A DNA stretch of 63,705 nucleotides, counting the filler, from Choristocarpus tenellus KU-1152 (lineage: Eukaryota; Protista; Phaeophyceae): the NCBI GenBank assembly GCA_964200185.2. It is 9 parts of 9 records of this genome, joined end to end, with 100 filler letters (N's around TTAATTAATTAA, not from the genome) between each part and the next. Parts side by side here need not be neighbours in the genome. Positions count along the whole stretch, not along the records: positions 51,493 to 55,649 come from CAXNAD020015930.1; positions 55,750 to 63,705 come from CAXNAD020005342.1; 7 more parts are not named here. The stretch is one strand, 5' to 3'. Positions 52,040 to 63,705 of the stretch are shown one piece after another. The notes below the pieces were generated by a model, which was given only the letters and a program-made list of their open reading frames with translations, had not been told where the DNA came from and ran no database searches. The translations under genes were made by a program, and so were the position numbers. Numbering within the stretch: position 1 is the first letter of the stretch; the number at the start of each line of letters is the position of its first letter.

Positions 52040-52172
52040 GATGGCGCAAGGTGGAGTTGCGTGCAGCTCGGAGTGTGATGGGGGGAAATGGAGCCAGTGC
52101 AGAGGTGGAATTGCATGTAGCTTGGAGTGTGGGGAAATAGAGCCGGCGCAGAGGCGGAGTTGCACGGGGCTC
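52040..52172. repeat. ~50-bp imperfect tandem repeat, about 2.5 copies
   Basis: GCGCA(G)AGGTGGA(G/A)TTGC.TG.AGCT.GGAGTGTG...GGGGAAAT.GAGCC recurs. Confidence 0.7.
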
Positions 52173-55100
52173 AGTAGGGTATCTCTGTAGAGAGGTCTTG
52201 GACCGAACCTTGTTGGGTTGTAGCTGGTTCCACAGGAGGTGGCAATGTGAGTAGCCCACACAGCAACAGTTAAAACTCACTCGTTGAAGGACCTCCATGG
52301 CTAAACCGCCCCTTCAACACTGCTGGCTGTGACACACACTCGCCTAGAATGTCTATCGCCTATACTAGTAGTTTCACTCTGAAGGTGAGCTGTTCGTTGA
52401 ATCTGTGTAACCTGCCACACGCTTCTGAGCAGATACAGCGACCCCTCCCCCCACGTCCCCCATGCCCTGCCGATGTGAACTGCTTTGTCTCAATTGCTGC
52501 TCTCTAGTAATGTGGAACAGCCGGAATGTTACTGGACGGTGAGTGCCGGGAGGCGGTCATCCCTTTGTCCAGAGTATTCGTTGAAGATTTTAAGAACATG
52601 ATGGGCTATGTTATTCAAATCCCTTACCACCCCCCTTCCCCATCTTTCTAACTACAATCTTCAAGTAACTCAGTGATGCACACCCTGCAGTAAAGTATTT
52701 GCACGCCTTGTACACCTTGTACTCCTTGTACTCTATTTCATGCAGTTTTGCAACACTTCAGGGCCCATACTAACACTCACGGATATCACGTTCTTTTTGT
52801 CATCCTGTAATGGACGGTGTTTTGAGAGTATTTTGGGGGGAAGAAGTTTGCATCGGAGAAGTTAAATTATTTTGCAGGCCTGGTGTGTTGTGATTGCCAG
52901 CCACATCTGTGTGTGTCATTGGAGAGTTTCATTTAATCTCAGTCGACAGTGGTTGAGGAACAATGGCACCACAAATTTGTCTTCACCTGTTTTTGGTCTG
53001 CTCCTTCAACACGCACTCAGAAACATAACATACATGTGTGTGATATTGCTGATGCAGGAGTCCTTTCCTAAGTCAGAGGGAGACCTTCGTGCCTTAGAAG
53101 CTACGGTGGACTTGCTAGGGGGTGCGTGATAGTGGCTGCTAATAAGCCTGTGCAGTTCATATGCTTAAACTTGGTTTGAGGAAGACTAGATTTGATGCTT
53201 GTGTATCAAAAGTAGTGTACTTGTTAAAACACAAAAAGAGGAACAAGTGCATGGAGTCTAACATGGAGGTGTTGTTGAGTTTTACTAGGAGACCCCAAGT
53301 TGCCTTCTGGTTTACATATTTTTAACACTGTGGAGGGTGCTTTCAGGTAACAGGGTGTTCATAGTAGCTAATCTTCTTGATCGGCATGCCCTCCTAAGGG
53401 GGGTTAATTGCATTTCAAGCATAGACGTGGTGTACATTCACAAGGTTCAAAAAAGGAGACCAAGGTCAACCCCCCTCCTAGATGGTCTTACTACAGGTGT
53501 CATGGATGTTTCTTCTCATGGTAAATACTCTCTTGTAGCATTAGTTGGGGTTATTGGTGTTAATTGTGTCAGCTGGAGCATCGCAAAGGGATGCATGTAT
53601 GTGTTGATATGGTAGGAGAGATGTGGTTTTAGAACCCAGTTTGTAATGACGGGTTGAAGTTCTGTGATCACGTCCTCCCTGCTGTTTCGGGTATAGAATG
53701 TGCCCTTTGCTTATTGTATTGATAATGGAGGTGCCATAGCTTTCTACATTTTCAGCACTCCAATACTATTTTAGGTATCATAGGAGTCCACAGCGGAGTT
53801 TTTCATAGTTGTGTTGGGTGGTCATGTTCTTGATCAAATTGATGTTACCAGGTATTCTTAAATCTTTCATTCTATGTGACATAGTTCTTATCGCTGTGCA
53901 ATTCATTGGGTTTTGAGGAGTGTTGCTAGTGTTTTTAATTTCTTGACTACGGACTCCATTGTGCCATGGTACATTAGCATGTGTTGTTCAGTCAGGATGT
54001 TGGTTCCATCAAGGTCTGCCCCAATTGCAGTTAGTTCTGCTCAGTCAGTTGCCGTACTACATCCTCCATCAGATGAAGTTGTTGTGTGAGGACACAGACC
54101 GTTTTCTCTTTTATTGAGCTGGGGGTGAATCTAGGGATTTTTGTGTAGCACTGCTATGGAAGGAAGCTCTAGGTGAGGTGTATGCCCATAACTTTGTAAT
54201 TCTTGCTCAAATCAGATGTTAAGTATATATGCCCAGGACGTTGTAACGCTCAACGCTGGCATTGGCGTGAAAGGTTCTGTTGTATTCAGTTTGTTTGCTA
54301 CGATGAGAAGTTATGGATTTGTTGTGACTTCTTTCCGCTGTGAAAGGATGAACAAAACAGTCCAAGATGCCTTCTTAGGATTTGAGTGTCACAATAATGA
54401 GTGTATGATGTGAGCGTGGCACCTACGTCTTCCTCATCTTTTTTTCGGTTCACGACCAACATCATACAATAGTTCCAAGAAAGTTCCGCTGATATTGATG
54501 AGAGAGGAGGAGAAAAGAGGGGGGACAGGCTAGGGCAAGCACAACGGATAATGGCTCCATGATAGAAAAAGGCGAAGAGATCGCGCAGAACGTCATCATG
54601 GATGGGGTGTGGGAATGACAACATTGCTACAAATAGTGGTGCATTTTTCTTTTTCTATGTTCGACATGGTTCAGAACACGAAGTTAGTGAGTAGGCATCA
54701 TAGTATTGGAAGCTAATTCTGTACATATTCTAGAACATAATTTAGCAAGTGTAACATAACAATCTGTCGCATTTGGAAAATATATCGAGATCGTGGTTTT
54801 AGAGGCGTTGGTATAGCTATGGTAACAGTGCATACATTCGCTAACAAAAAGTTGATTAAATTTTGGAAGGATGAAGTCGTCTTTTAGACATAGGTAGGTG
54901 TCGGTACGTCATAACAAACCGTGTTCACCTATCAGATTGTATCATCAATTACGGTATAGAATGCCTCTCCATTTTGACTGCAATAGGGTTGTGCTCAGCA
55001 GTTTGCTGGGATTTATTGCTTGAAATGTCCAGCAGGGTCTACTCTTCACAAGTAACCTCTTAGTAACCACCCTCCACTCTGAGTAGTTGTGTGGGAAGGT

Positions 55101-55601
55101 ATCATTAAGCAAGTGTACACATCGTCATGATTGGTATTATTTTAAGTGAAAATATTTCACATTATATCTATTGTTCTGGTATTGACGTACCTACCTAAAG
55201 CCAACAAAAGCGATCTCATTTGGGTATCCCTATATAATAACGCATCTGAAAAAAGTTCACAAAAAAAATTAAAAGGCAGTCAATATCACCCCAAAAATGG
55301 AGGTCCTCGAGCGGCATAATAAGAAAAACTACATGTTCCACTTTGTAAATACGTCCAAAATTGAATGAAGAAATGTTTGAGAGAAAAACTCAAAACATGG
55401 CAATTGAAAATGGAGTTACAGTCATTCAACCCTACTTCAAGATCTCAGATCCAGTGTCAAGGGCAACACCACCATTCATTCATTTCATCATCATCGTAAT
55501 CCTGATCTATCTTGTTCTTCTGTTGTTATCATCATACTGCTTGCTGTTACAAATATCTACTACCAAATGCCGTGGTACTACCACTACTCAGACTAATTAT
55601 T

Positions 55602-55649
55602 GGGTCAAAGTATCTGGGGGGGGGGGTGTCGGCGTCCGTTTTTCACCCC
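55602..55649. mobile_element. Terminus of the long family-A-TIR element (truncated by linker)
   Basis: GGGTCAAAGTATCTGGGGGGGGGGTGTCGGCGTCCGTTTTTCACCC matches 13288 and 25204. Confidence 0.7.
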
Positions 55650-57637
55650 NNNNNNNNNNNNNNNNNNNNNNNNNNNNNNNNNNNNNNNNNNNNTTAATTA
55701 ATTAANNNNNNNNNNNNNNNNNNNNNNNNNNNNNNNNNNNNNNNNNNNNGGTTGGGAGGGGAAGGAGAAAAGAAGGTGGGGGTGTTGGGGGGGGGGTGGG
55801 GGGGGGGGGGGGAAGGGGAGGGATGAGGTATTCTGTGGTAGAACTTGAGGACTCTCACAGTCCAGGGTCGGCACGTCCTAACCCATGCGAGATTTTGGGC
55901 CATAAATTGGATTTATCTCTTTTATTAGAGGGGTTAGGTTTAGGGTTAGGGTAGAGTTGGAGATTTGTACTTTACTTTTTTTATAATTCAATCGCTTTGC
56001 ACATGAACAGGCATTGGTTGGTGTGCAACCAATGCATTCATGGTCACCCTCAGGTACTGCTATATATTGTTGTAGGAGGATTGCCAATCCGATCTCAGCT
56101 GACTAAATAATTGTTTGTTTGTGTGTATGTGTGTGTGTGTGAGTGTCCATTTCTTATATTTTTATTTTTTATACCCAAGGGTCTTGTGTCAGAATTTTTT
56201 ATACAAGAACATGATTGTATTTTTATGTGGGATGTTATTACAACAGGTGTCCGTACACCATTAAACACACACACACACACACAACTCTTCTTTTTTTTTC
56301 AGTCTGTTTTGGTATGCAATTTTTTGTTTACAATCGAGGGCATTGTGCAACCAAAAAAACTTTAAAATAATAATATTGTACTGCATGCACTGATACTTCC
56401 TCCGTTCAGAATTTAATGTAACATATTTACTTTTGCGAGCTCCGCTCTCGCCCGAGAACAACCCATGCGATTAGCAACCCTCTGGATGAGGCTGAGTTCT
56501 CATGTAAATTGGGAGGCGTGCACATTTGGAGATGGTGGGCTGTTACGACTGTGGAGGATCACCAGGGCTTTGAGGGCAGAATCATTGAAAGGGTGTAGGC
56601 TGCCCCATTTTGGTCGAGATTTTGGTGGGCAACCTTTTCGTGCCTGTATAATACACCCATAAAGTGTGAACATATGAATAAATATATCTTGCTTCTTTAT
56701 CGGGGCTGCAAAAGTTGTATGTTGCGTTTAATTCCGAACGGAGGAAGTATTATATTAGTTACGTGGAAGGCGTTTTTGCTTGAGGGGTAGCAGTGTTTTG
56801 ATGGTTGTGGGGTGGCCTGGGGGTGGTCCGTTATGTATCACTTGGTAGGAATGAAAAGAGTTTTGCATCACTTTAAGTGCACAGCCTCTCGCTGTCTCAG
56901 ATGGGAACAGGCACGTCTTGGCTGGGCAGGACTTGAGGACACGGGTGGCATTAGTAATGCTTAAAGTAGTGTTGTACCCTGAAGCAGAGTACCTTTGGCT
57001 GATCTTGTCTGGATGAAGATGACTTGATCGCACAAATGACAAGGGCGATCGGTGCAACGCTTCCCAGTAGCTTCTCAAGCCCCCCTTCAACTGCACGTTT
57101 GGTAGAGAGCTTCAGTTTGTGTTTGTAGCGGGTGCTATGGAATGAGTAAGAATGAGACTGTTTCATGGTACACGTGGAATTGGTTCAGTGTACCATTATT
57201 CAGGGTAAGTGTGTAGCGTTACACCACTCCAGCGTCCTCTAATTTTAATTGTTGGCTAGATTACAGAATTTCCGAACTGGTTCGTGACGCAGTGAGAGGT
57301 ACATGCTTTTTTGCTTAGAATGTTGGTGTCAGCCCTCAGTAGTAATTTTTGTTATTGCAACGTATTGGACGAGTTGCCTCCTTCCTTCTTTAGGGTGCGT
57401 ATGGTTTTCTATTGGTTCGCTTGATTTATTTAATTTTTTTTGTCTTGCTGTGCTTGGAATGGCATCATGCCCTGAGAACTCTTATGAACATGTTTGGCTC
57501 CTTTTCATCCCCTCCTACCCCGCCCGCTCTGCTAATCACAGCTTTTGCACGACCTTTACAGGCTTTATCGTTCACTCACCAAGAGGAATACGCAGATCTC
57601 CGGGAAGCCTATGTAGCATTTGGATACAATGTGTAAC

Positions 57638-57673
<36 letters not shown>

Positions 57674-60600
57674 AAGGGTGGCTCCAAAGAACAACCCTAA
57701 CTTTGTTTTTTTTTTTTTTTTTTTTCTTTTTTTTATTGTCTTGGTGGGTGGGGGGGGGGGGGGGGGGGGAGGGGAGAGGGAGGAGAACGGATGTCTCCTA
57801 CGATCATCCGTAACTTGTCTGTTCGTTTATTCTTCTGCTTCTGTTCCTGTCTGCTGTGTGCATAAAGTGTTGTCTGCTCCATGAGACACATTTCGTGATC
57901 GTTTGGAGTTTTGTTCCTTGTGTCGGCCCCCCTTATTATTTTATTGTAACTATCTCTGTTGATACTTTTGTGGGTCGGGTCTGTCTGACTCTCTTGTGTG
58001 CGCCGGCCGCCGTGCTGCATGTTCGGACACGGTACGTTTGCGTGTGTGTGTGTGTGTGTGATGTCACTTGAATTTTTTTTTCATATTTTTTAAACGAGTG
58101 CGGTAATGTGTATTTTTATTTCATGTGAGTCGACGGCAGCACCCGAATTGTTCTTCTGTGTTATTGGTTGGTAATTGTGTTCACCGTTGTCTAGTGGGTC
58201 CCATGGCATCCCGAACCAAATATCAAGAGTTGATGGCAGGAAGGGAGAGAGAGGGGTTGTACCAGGAGTGAGGCGTTGGTTGTTTTTCCGATGATTTGCT
58301 GTCGCTGGTGGCTTGTGTTCTGAATGTTGTAAGTGAGTGGGTGGGATGATGGGATATGAGAGGCAAAGTAGTGCATTGCATTCTGTGTTCGAAGTTGGGA
58401 AGATAGCACTCGGTGCCGTGCTGCTTGTTGGGTATGCTCGATATGTGTGATGGATTTAAATTGCCGAAGTAGTAGTTAGTGGGGTCCATATCAGCAATCA
58501 GAATTGGATTGTGTCTTGTGCCGAGGGCATCAGAGAGATGTTGGATTGGATGAATGAGTTGTAAATAACTACGGGATGAATCTTGGTACATCATTATGAA
58601 AATAATAATAAACATGGTAGTGAACGATTGTGCAGACGGCAGATCTTCAGTGGGACTGGGGAAAATGCACGCAAAGTTCTTGACGATGATGGTACTACTA
58701 TTGGGTTAGGGTTAGGGTTAGACCTCGTGGGCTTGTTGTGCATGAGTATGAAGGGAAGAAGGAACTCAACTGTTCTAAGGACTCTGCTTGCTGGGTAAAG
58801 GAACGCCAAAAATTAGATGCCTGGTCTTTTGTTTATGCGTGATACTCTTTCTCTTATTGGTGGGAGTGAGAGGGGCAGGCTCCCATGTCCTGCAGTATGA
58901 ACCCTGTTCTCCTCTTCTACAGTCATAGTCTCCTAAGGGAAGGGGTCAGCTGCATTTTAAATCGCAATGATGTACAACAATACGTGCATGATATTGTGTG
59001 CGTGTCCACGCACGGGATGGAGATCGCCGTAGCGCGATCCCCTCCACCGTCTTATGTATAAAACATGTGAAGGGTTTGCTTCATTTATAGCTTTGATCGC
59101 ATGTGTGAGGTAGAGATAAGGGTAGGTTGGTTTGAACAATGTCCAAGTCCGTTGGAGATCCGTGCAGTGATGCCTCAACCTCATAATATCAGGGGACCCC
59201 CGCCGAAGTGCCTTGGAGAAATAGTGAACCTGCAGGGCGGGATGCGCCAGAAACAAGAAATGGCTGGATGACTGAAAGGTTGACTCGGTCTGCACATTCG
59301 GCAAGACCTTCGGAACGGCTGACGGCCTCATTGGCATCCGTTTCGAGGTCCACTAAGAGAGCAGTATGGTAAAAGTGAGAAAACACCAAGGTTTCCAAGA
59401 TCGCTAACATTTGGACATGCTCCACTCTTTTCACCCTTCCCGTCATATTTTGTACTCTAAAGAGCATCTAGGTTGGGACGAGCGAAAGATTGTGTTAACT
59501 GTAACGAGGAGGTGGAGGTCGGAAGTTTGTCCTGGTGGCTTGAGCCAACCTCCCGTACATCGCTAATCAACGTGCCCTTGCTACGATAATATGTATCAGG
59601 TCTTACTCTAGGACTTCAATGCGTAAGAAAAGGAGGCTGGAAAAGGCTCTGAAGCTGCTGAACTGTTTATCAGCTGCGGTGCCTGGCAGGGATTCACCTG
59701 GTGATGTAACTCGAGCTCCCTCATCGGCTGAAACACAGAGAGTCCAAGATTAGCATCATCTTTTCCAGTGCAAGTTGTGGCACTGCTTGTAATGGAACAA
59801 CAGCCAACCTCCTGGAAGGAGCGCAGGAGCGCAGTGAGTATTACCATTCCGCAGAGTAGTGTTGAGCCTGTAAATGCGTCACTTTACTGCAGGGGTGTTG
59901 TATTTTACTTCTCCCATCCAAGGTGCCACTTCTTTGCAGGCATACCGACAGAATACGTTTTTGTCCTACGACTTGCAGTGGTTGAGCGGCTCGGGTCTCT
60001 TGGCTGCGGTAGCTCTTAAGTGGATGATAGATGTGGTTTGGGGGACAAGAAGCGGATCGCGTGCCGGATATGGTCAAGGTCAAACCTTTGGTGGCAGTCA
60101 CTGATGTTGACAGTGGTGACCCCCAAGCCGTCGGGGCTGAGAATCTGGTGCTCCAATGGGTGTGTGGGGAACGCGGCAAGGTTGCAATCGCTCGAGGGGG
60201 GATGGGGACATAAAGCAGTGGATAGGGGACGATCTGATCCTGCCGCGGAGACGAGAGAGAATTGCAGAGAGCAATGACGGGCTGGGTTGGGTATCATACA
60301 CCCTTTGCTGTAAGAAATGCAAGCTCTGTATTCCTATAGGATCATAAAATCAAAGACCAACACAAAGCTCCACCACTTCCGCGTTATCGGTAGAATCAAT
60401 CCTCGGGTGGTACACTTGAGCTGGACCGCATCAATTAGTTGGGTTAACCCTCCCCCTTTGAGGAAGGAATATGGATGGCAACAGGAGTGCGTGAGGTGGA
60501 TAGAAATTCAAGGAGGGTGGTTGTTATGCTTCCAACACTCCAGTTTGCTGGAGAGACTGGAGACTGCTGCTGAGGTCTTCATGAGCACAGTGGTGTGATA

Positions 60601-62635
60601 GCAGTGCATGCGTAGTGTGCGTGATGGTGTGCACCGAGCACTTTGTGGATGATTGGCATGATTACATTACTTTGCTACAGTTACACCTCCTTGATACCAG
60701 TCGGTGGTGCTGGTGTGTGTACCACAGTACTTTGAGGTAGTGGTACACTAATGGCAGCATAGGGATGTGTGCCTGTATATGGTCGGTTTCTGGCTGTTCT
60801 TTTATATCTTCTTTTGTTGTGCTCCTGACTAGTATTTATTTGCTGAGCGATTATTGGGTAAAATTCCCTTAGGTGGATCTTGGACAAGTTTTTGTTTGTA
60901 GGAATTGTCTTCCAAGTTTCCCAGTTTTTTCAAAATCGCTACTTTTTGCTTTTTTGTTGTCAGCTATATTTGTTCCAGTTTCTGCTTTATCTGCTTTGTG
61001 ACCTCTGACGATGGGTTGATGAAGATGGAACTATTAATAGTTTTTAACATACTTGAAAGAATGCATGATAACGATAGTAACAAGGTTGAATGAGAAGTAC
61101 TTTGAGAGTCCCCGGGGACATGACCACATCTCAACTATTACCTATGTATCGTAACCGACTTTGCACTACATATCACTCCTGACTATTCAACCTTAGTATG
61201 CACCATGGCTCCTACCCCTGAATCTCCTTCTTGACGTATCTCAGCATGACTCATTGTGGTGAGGTCCAAGCTCCTTGATCTCAGTTTTTCATATCTTGAA
61301 AGTTCTCTTTGTTGTGGATGGTGACGTTCTTCTCAGGCAGGGTTGGTTATCTATTCATTGCATTGATGTGCCCCACGTGAGGTGTAAGGGTCAGGGTGAT
61401 GATTATTTCTTCTACACAAACGTTCCACAAACAAGAAGCGCTCCAGGCGGGAAGTTTGCCGCATAGTTTGATTTCTACAGGGCAGTCTCAGAGTGACCCA
61501 ACAAAATAGTCCAACTTGAGCCAGTCCCTTTCATAGGTTAAAGTTCCTGGTGCAGATCTCCTGGGTTTTGACTTGTTTTCCGTTTAAGAAGAAGTTGTGT
61601 GCCCCTCACAGTTGAACCAAGAGCAATTTGTGATCAAAAACAGAGAAGGTATTCCAACCTAGTTGGAAAACATGTGAAAACAGATTTTTTTTGGTTCATT
61701 CCACCTGTGCGTTAATAGTATGTGCCTTTGCTTGGGGTACATAGTTTCTTAGCAGCAACGAACTGCAAGTGTTGTGTCTTCAGCCGTTGGTCACACGTCT
61801 TTACCTTTTTTTTTGGTCCTGTCTACTGTTACTACTATAACCTTGAATTGCATGAATCGTTGGTTCTCACGAAGTGGTCTGCATAGAGGCTTAGGCTCTT
61901 GAAATGCAATGAGGCGACCCAGTGCACTGAAGGACTGGTGGGATTCAACATGATGAATCTTGTAACTTCTCTGTGAAGGGGCCGATTGAATACTGTAAGG
62001 TACAACCTTATATTCGGTGGTGTGGTTCAGGATAGTGCTGCATGTTCTGAGTAGCGATTTGTTCCCTAAACAAAAAAAGGGGTTTGGGGATGCATTTACT
62101 ATGAATATATAGCCCACCTAGCTGTGAGTTGAGATGCACAAAAAGCAGGATTAATTTGAACTCTGACGAGGGGGCGACAGCTCGTAGAAAAAAAAGTTAC
62201 TCATATGAGATGCCAGGGTTGTTTGATCTATGAGAATATAGATATATATGTAAGAGGCTCAAGTCTAATTCTTAGTCAACTCAAGTGTGTCACTGACTGA
62301 GTTTGTGCATTGAAGAAAACCTACAAAGTATGATCAAACTCACTGTAACCATGCAGAGTGCAACGGTAACCCGGGATCATACTCAGTATACCCACACAGA
62401 CAGGACAGTAGGCATGCGATGTGGATACCTTCCTACTAAAGAACCACTACCAGTTGGTGGTACTGATAGTGTATGCATGTCAGTTAGTTGGAGAGAGAGG
62501 AGCGGAGGAAGGTTACACCAGGAAAGGGGCTTTGAAATCCCATTTACGATAGGTAGCGTCTGCCACTACACAAGTGACTCCCTCGAGACGTGTTGTGTGT
62601 TTTTGCCTGGAGATACCAGGAAGTTGGGCAAGGAG

Positions 62636-62905
62636 GGGCCTGTCAGATTCTTGGGATGCTTCCCTAGCTCCTCACCCAGCTGTGTAGGGCTAGACTAGGT
62701 TGGAGGCATAGCAGCATCATGCACATCGCATTATAACTATGAACTCTTGTAGGAATGTTTTTAGTATAGTAGCTGGCACTCACATAGCAAATAGATTTTG
62801 GAGAGATATCTTACACGCATACGACAACTGTTTTACTCTTGCAGGGGTCCTTACGGTGTTGGTTTGGCTTTTCCCTGAAACATCTACCAAATTTTAGACG
62901 GCATA
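62636..62905 (+). repeat. Dispersed repeat family E copy
   Basis: Matches 8259-8485. Confidence 0.6.
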
Positions 62906-63062
62906 ATAGTATAGATATATATATGTATGTATAACATGACACGATGTTACTGAACTGCACCAATAAATCGTGGAGGAAGCACCCTATATATTGACACCAT
63001 ACCCTTGCAGAGTGCAACAGTAAGTTGTGATTATATACCACGAAGATCTGTATACATGCAAT

Positions 63063-63170
63063 GGCTCAAAGTACCTGGGGGGGGTGAATGGCGGCTGTCC
63101 ATTTGGGGTCAATTTTTCCATGTCATGATTTTGGCGTGATTTGGTTGCATGTGCCAGATGGATAATGCGA
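63063..63170 (+). mobile_element. MITE family A, left part
   Basis: GGCTCAAAGTACCTGGGGGGGG...TGTCCATTTGGGGTCAATTTTT...GATTTGGTTGCATG...GATGGATAATG. Confidence 0.8.
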
Positions 63171-63705
63171 ACTGGTTTTGCACCAAGTTGTGACCACATT
63201 GCACACGATCCCCACATACTGCAGGCAACACAATGAATACATTGATTGGAGTGAATCTGTCACAGGGGAAATGTGAATGAAAAAAACATTAATGTGAAAG
63301 AAATGCGCACCACAGATAAAACTCGAAAACAGCAACGGGGTGTAAGCAACACACCCAAGCCAGCTACAGACGCACACACCTCAAGACACCCAGGGTATGA
63401 CAAAAACCAATGACAAGTGTTGAGTGCAGTGTCTTCTGGCACCAGCGTTGCTTGAGATTTTCTAACCTTCACATTAATCAAAAGTGTGCGCGAGATCACA
63501 TGCACATGACCTCCCTGCCCTCTAACAAAAGAAAAAAAATAATTTGCACAATGCCAAAAAAAAAAACTCTTCAACAATTCACAAGAAGCAAAAAAATATT
63601 TCACCAGGTGGTGGAGGAAAAATGCACCCCCACCCCCCACCCACCCCCCCACACCACCACCAAACCCAAGAAACCCCCCACAACCACCCCCAACCCCCAC
63701 CCCCA

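Noticed and set aside
53250-54100. Possible LTR-retrotransposon integrase relic
   Set aside because: Only a vague motif resemblance; too degenerate to support.
52370-57636. Scattered exon-like segments (e.g. 53059-53121 ESFPKSEGDLRALEATVDLLG; 57542-57630) as a continuation of the MFS gene
   Set aside because: They are not transmembrane or MFS-like, lie on other contigs and give no consistent model.
59100-62150. Possible decayed TE coding region
   Set aside because: Motif-like snippets are out of order and not diagnostic; blastx is needed.

Overview
Eukaryotic, intron-rich, moderately AT-rich genomic DNA. It is probably from a stramenopile, plausibly a brown alga; this is an inference from gene content, TTAGGG tracts and recalled retroelement motifs. 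The window is nine contigs joined by eight artificial 100-bp N-TTAATTAATTAA-N linkers, so adjacency across linkers is unproven. Well-supported spliced genes, each with hand-checked splice sites and phases: an HSF-type transcription factor (72-1841 +), a sigma-like glutathione S-transferase (15371-17931 +, 5' end missing), GPI transamidase subunit PIG-U (43313-40349 -), an MFSD14/HIAT1-like MFS transporter (49380-51269 +, 3' end missing) and a head-to-head unidentified charged/coiled-coil-like gene (49029 to at least 46414 -). Two further unidentified gene models are weaker. The main hunt result is an apparently unclassified DNA-transposon system. Four MITE families (A-D, about 170-310 bp) have different interiors but a common terminus (consensus near 5'-GRSYSAAA...TTTGRSYC-3') and variable target-site duplications (3, 4 and once 7 bp). 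Two diverged copies of a longer element carry a decayed transposase-like ORF; one ends in the family-A TIR, and in the other the reading frame is restored when a nested MITE is excised in silico. Also present are a mariner remnant, an RTE-LINE remnant, a 78-bp minisatellite and scattered telomeric repeats. No rRNA, tRNA or CRISPR array was recognised.
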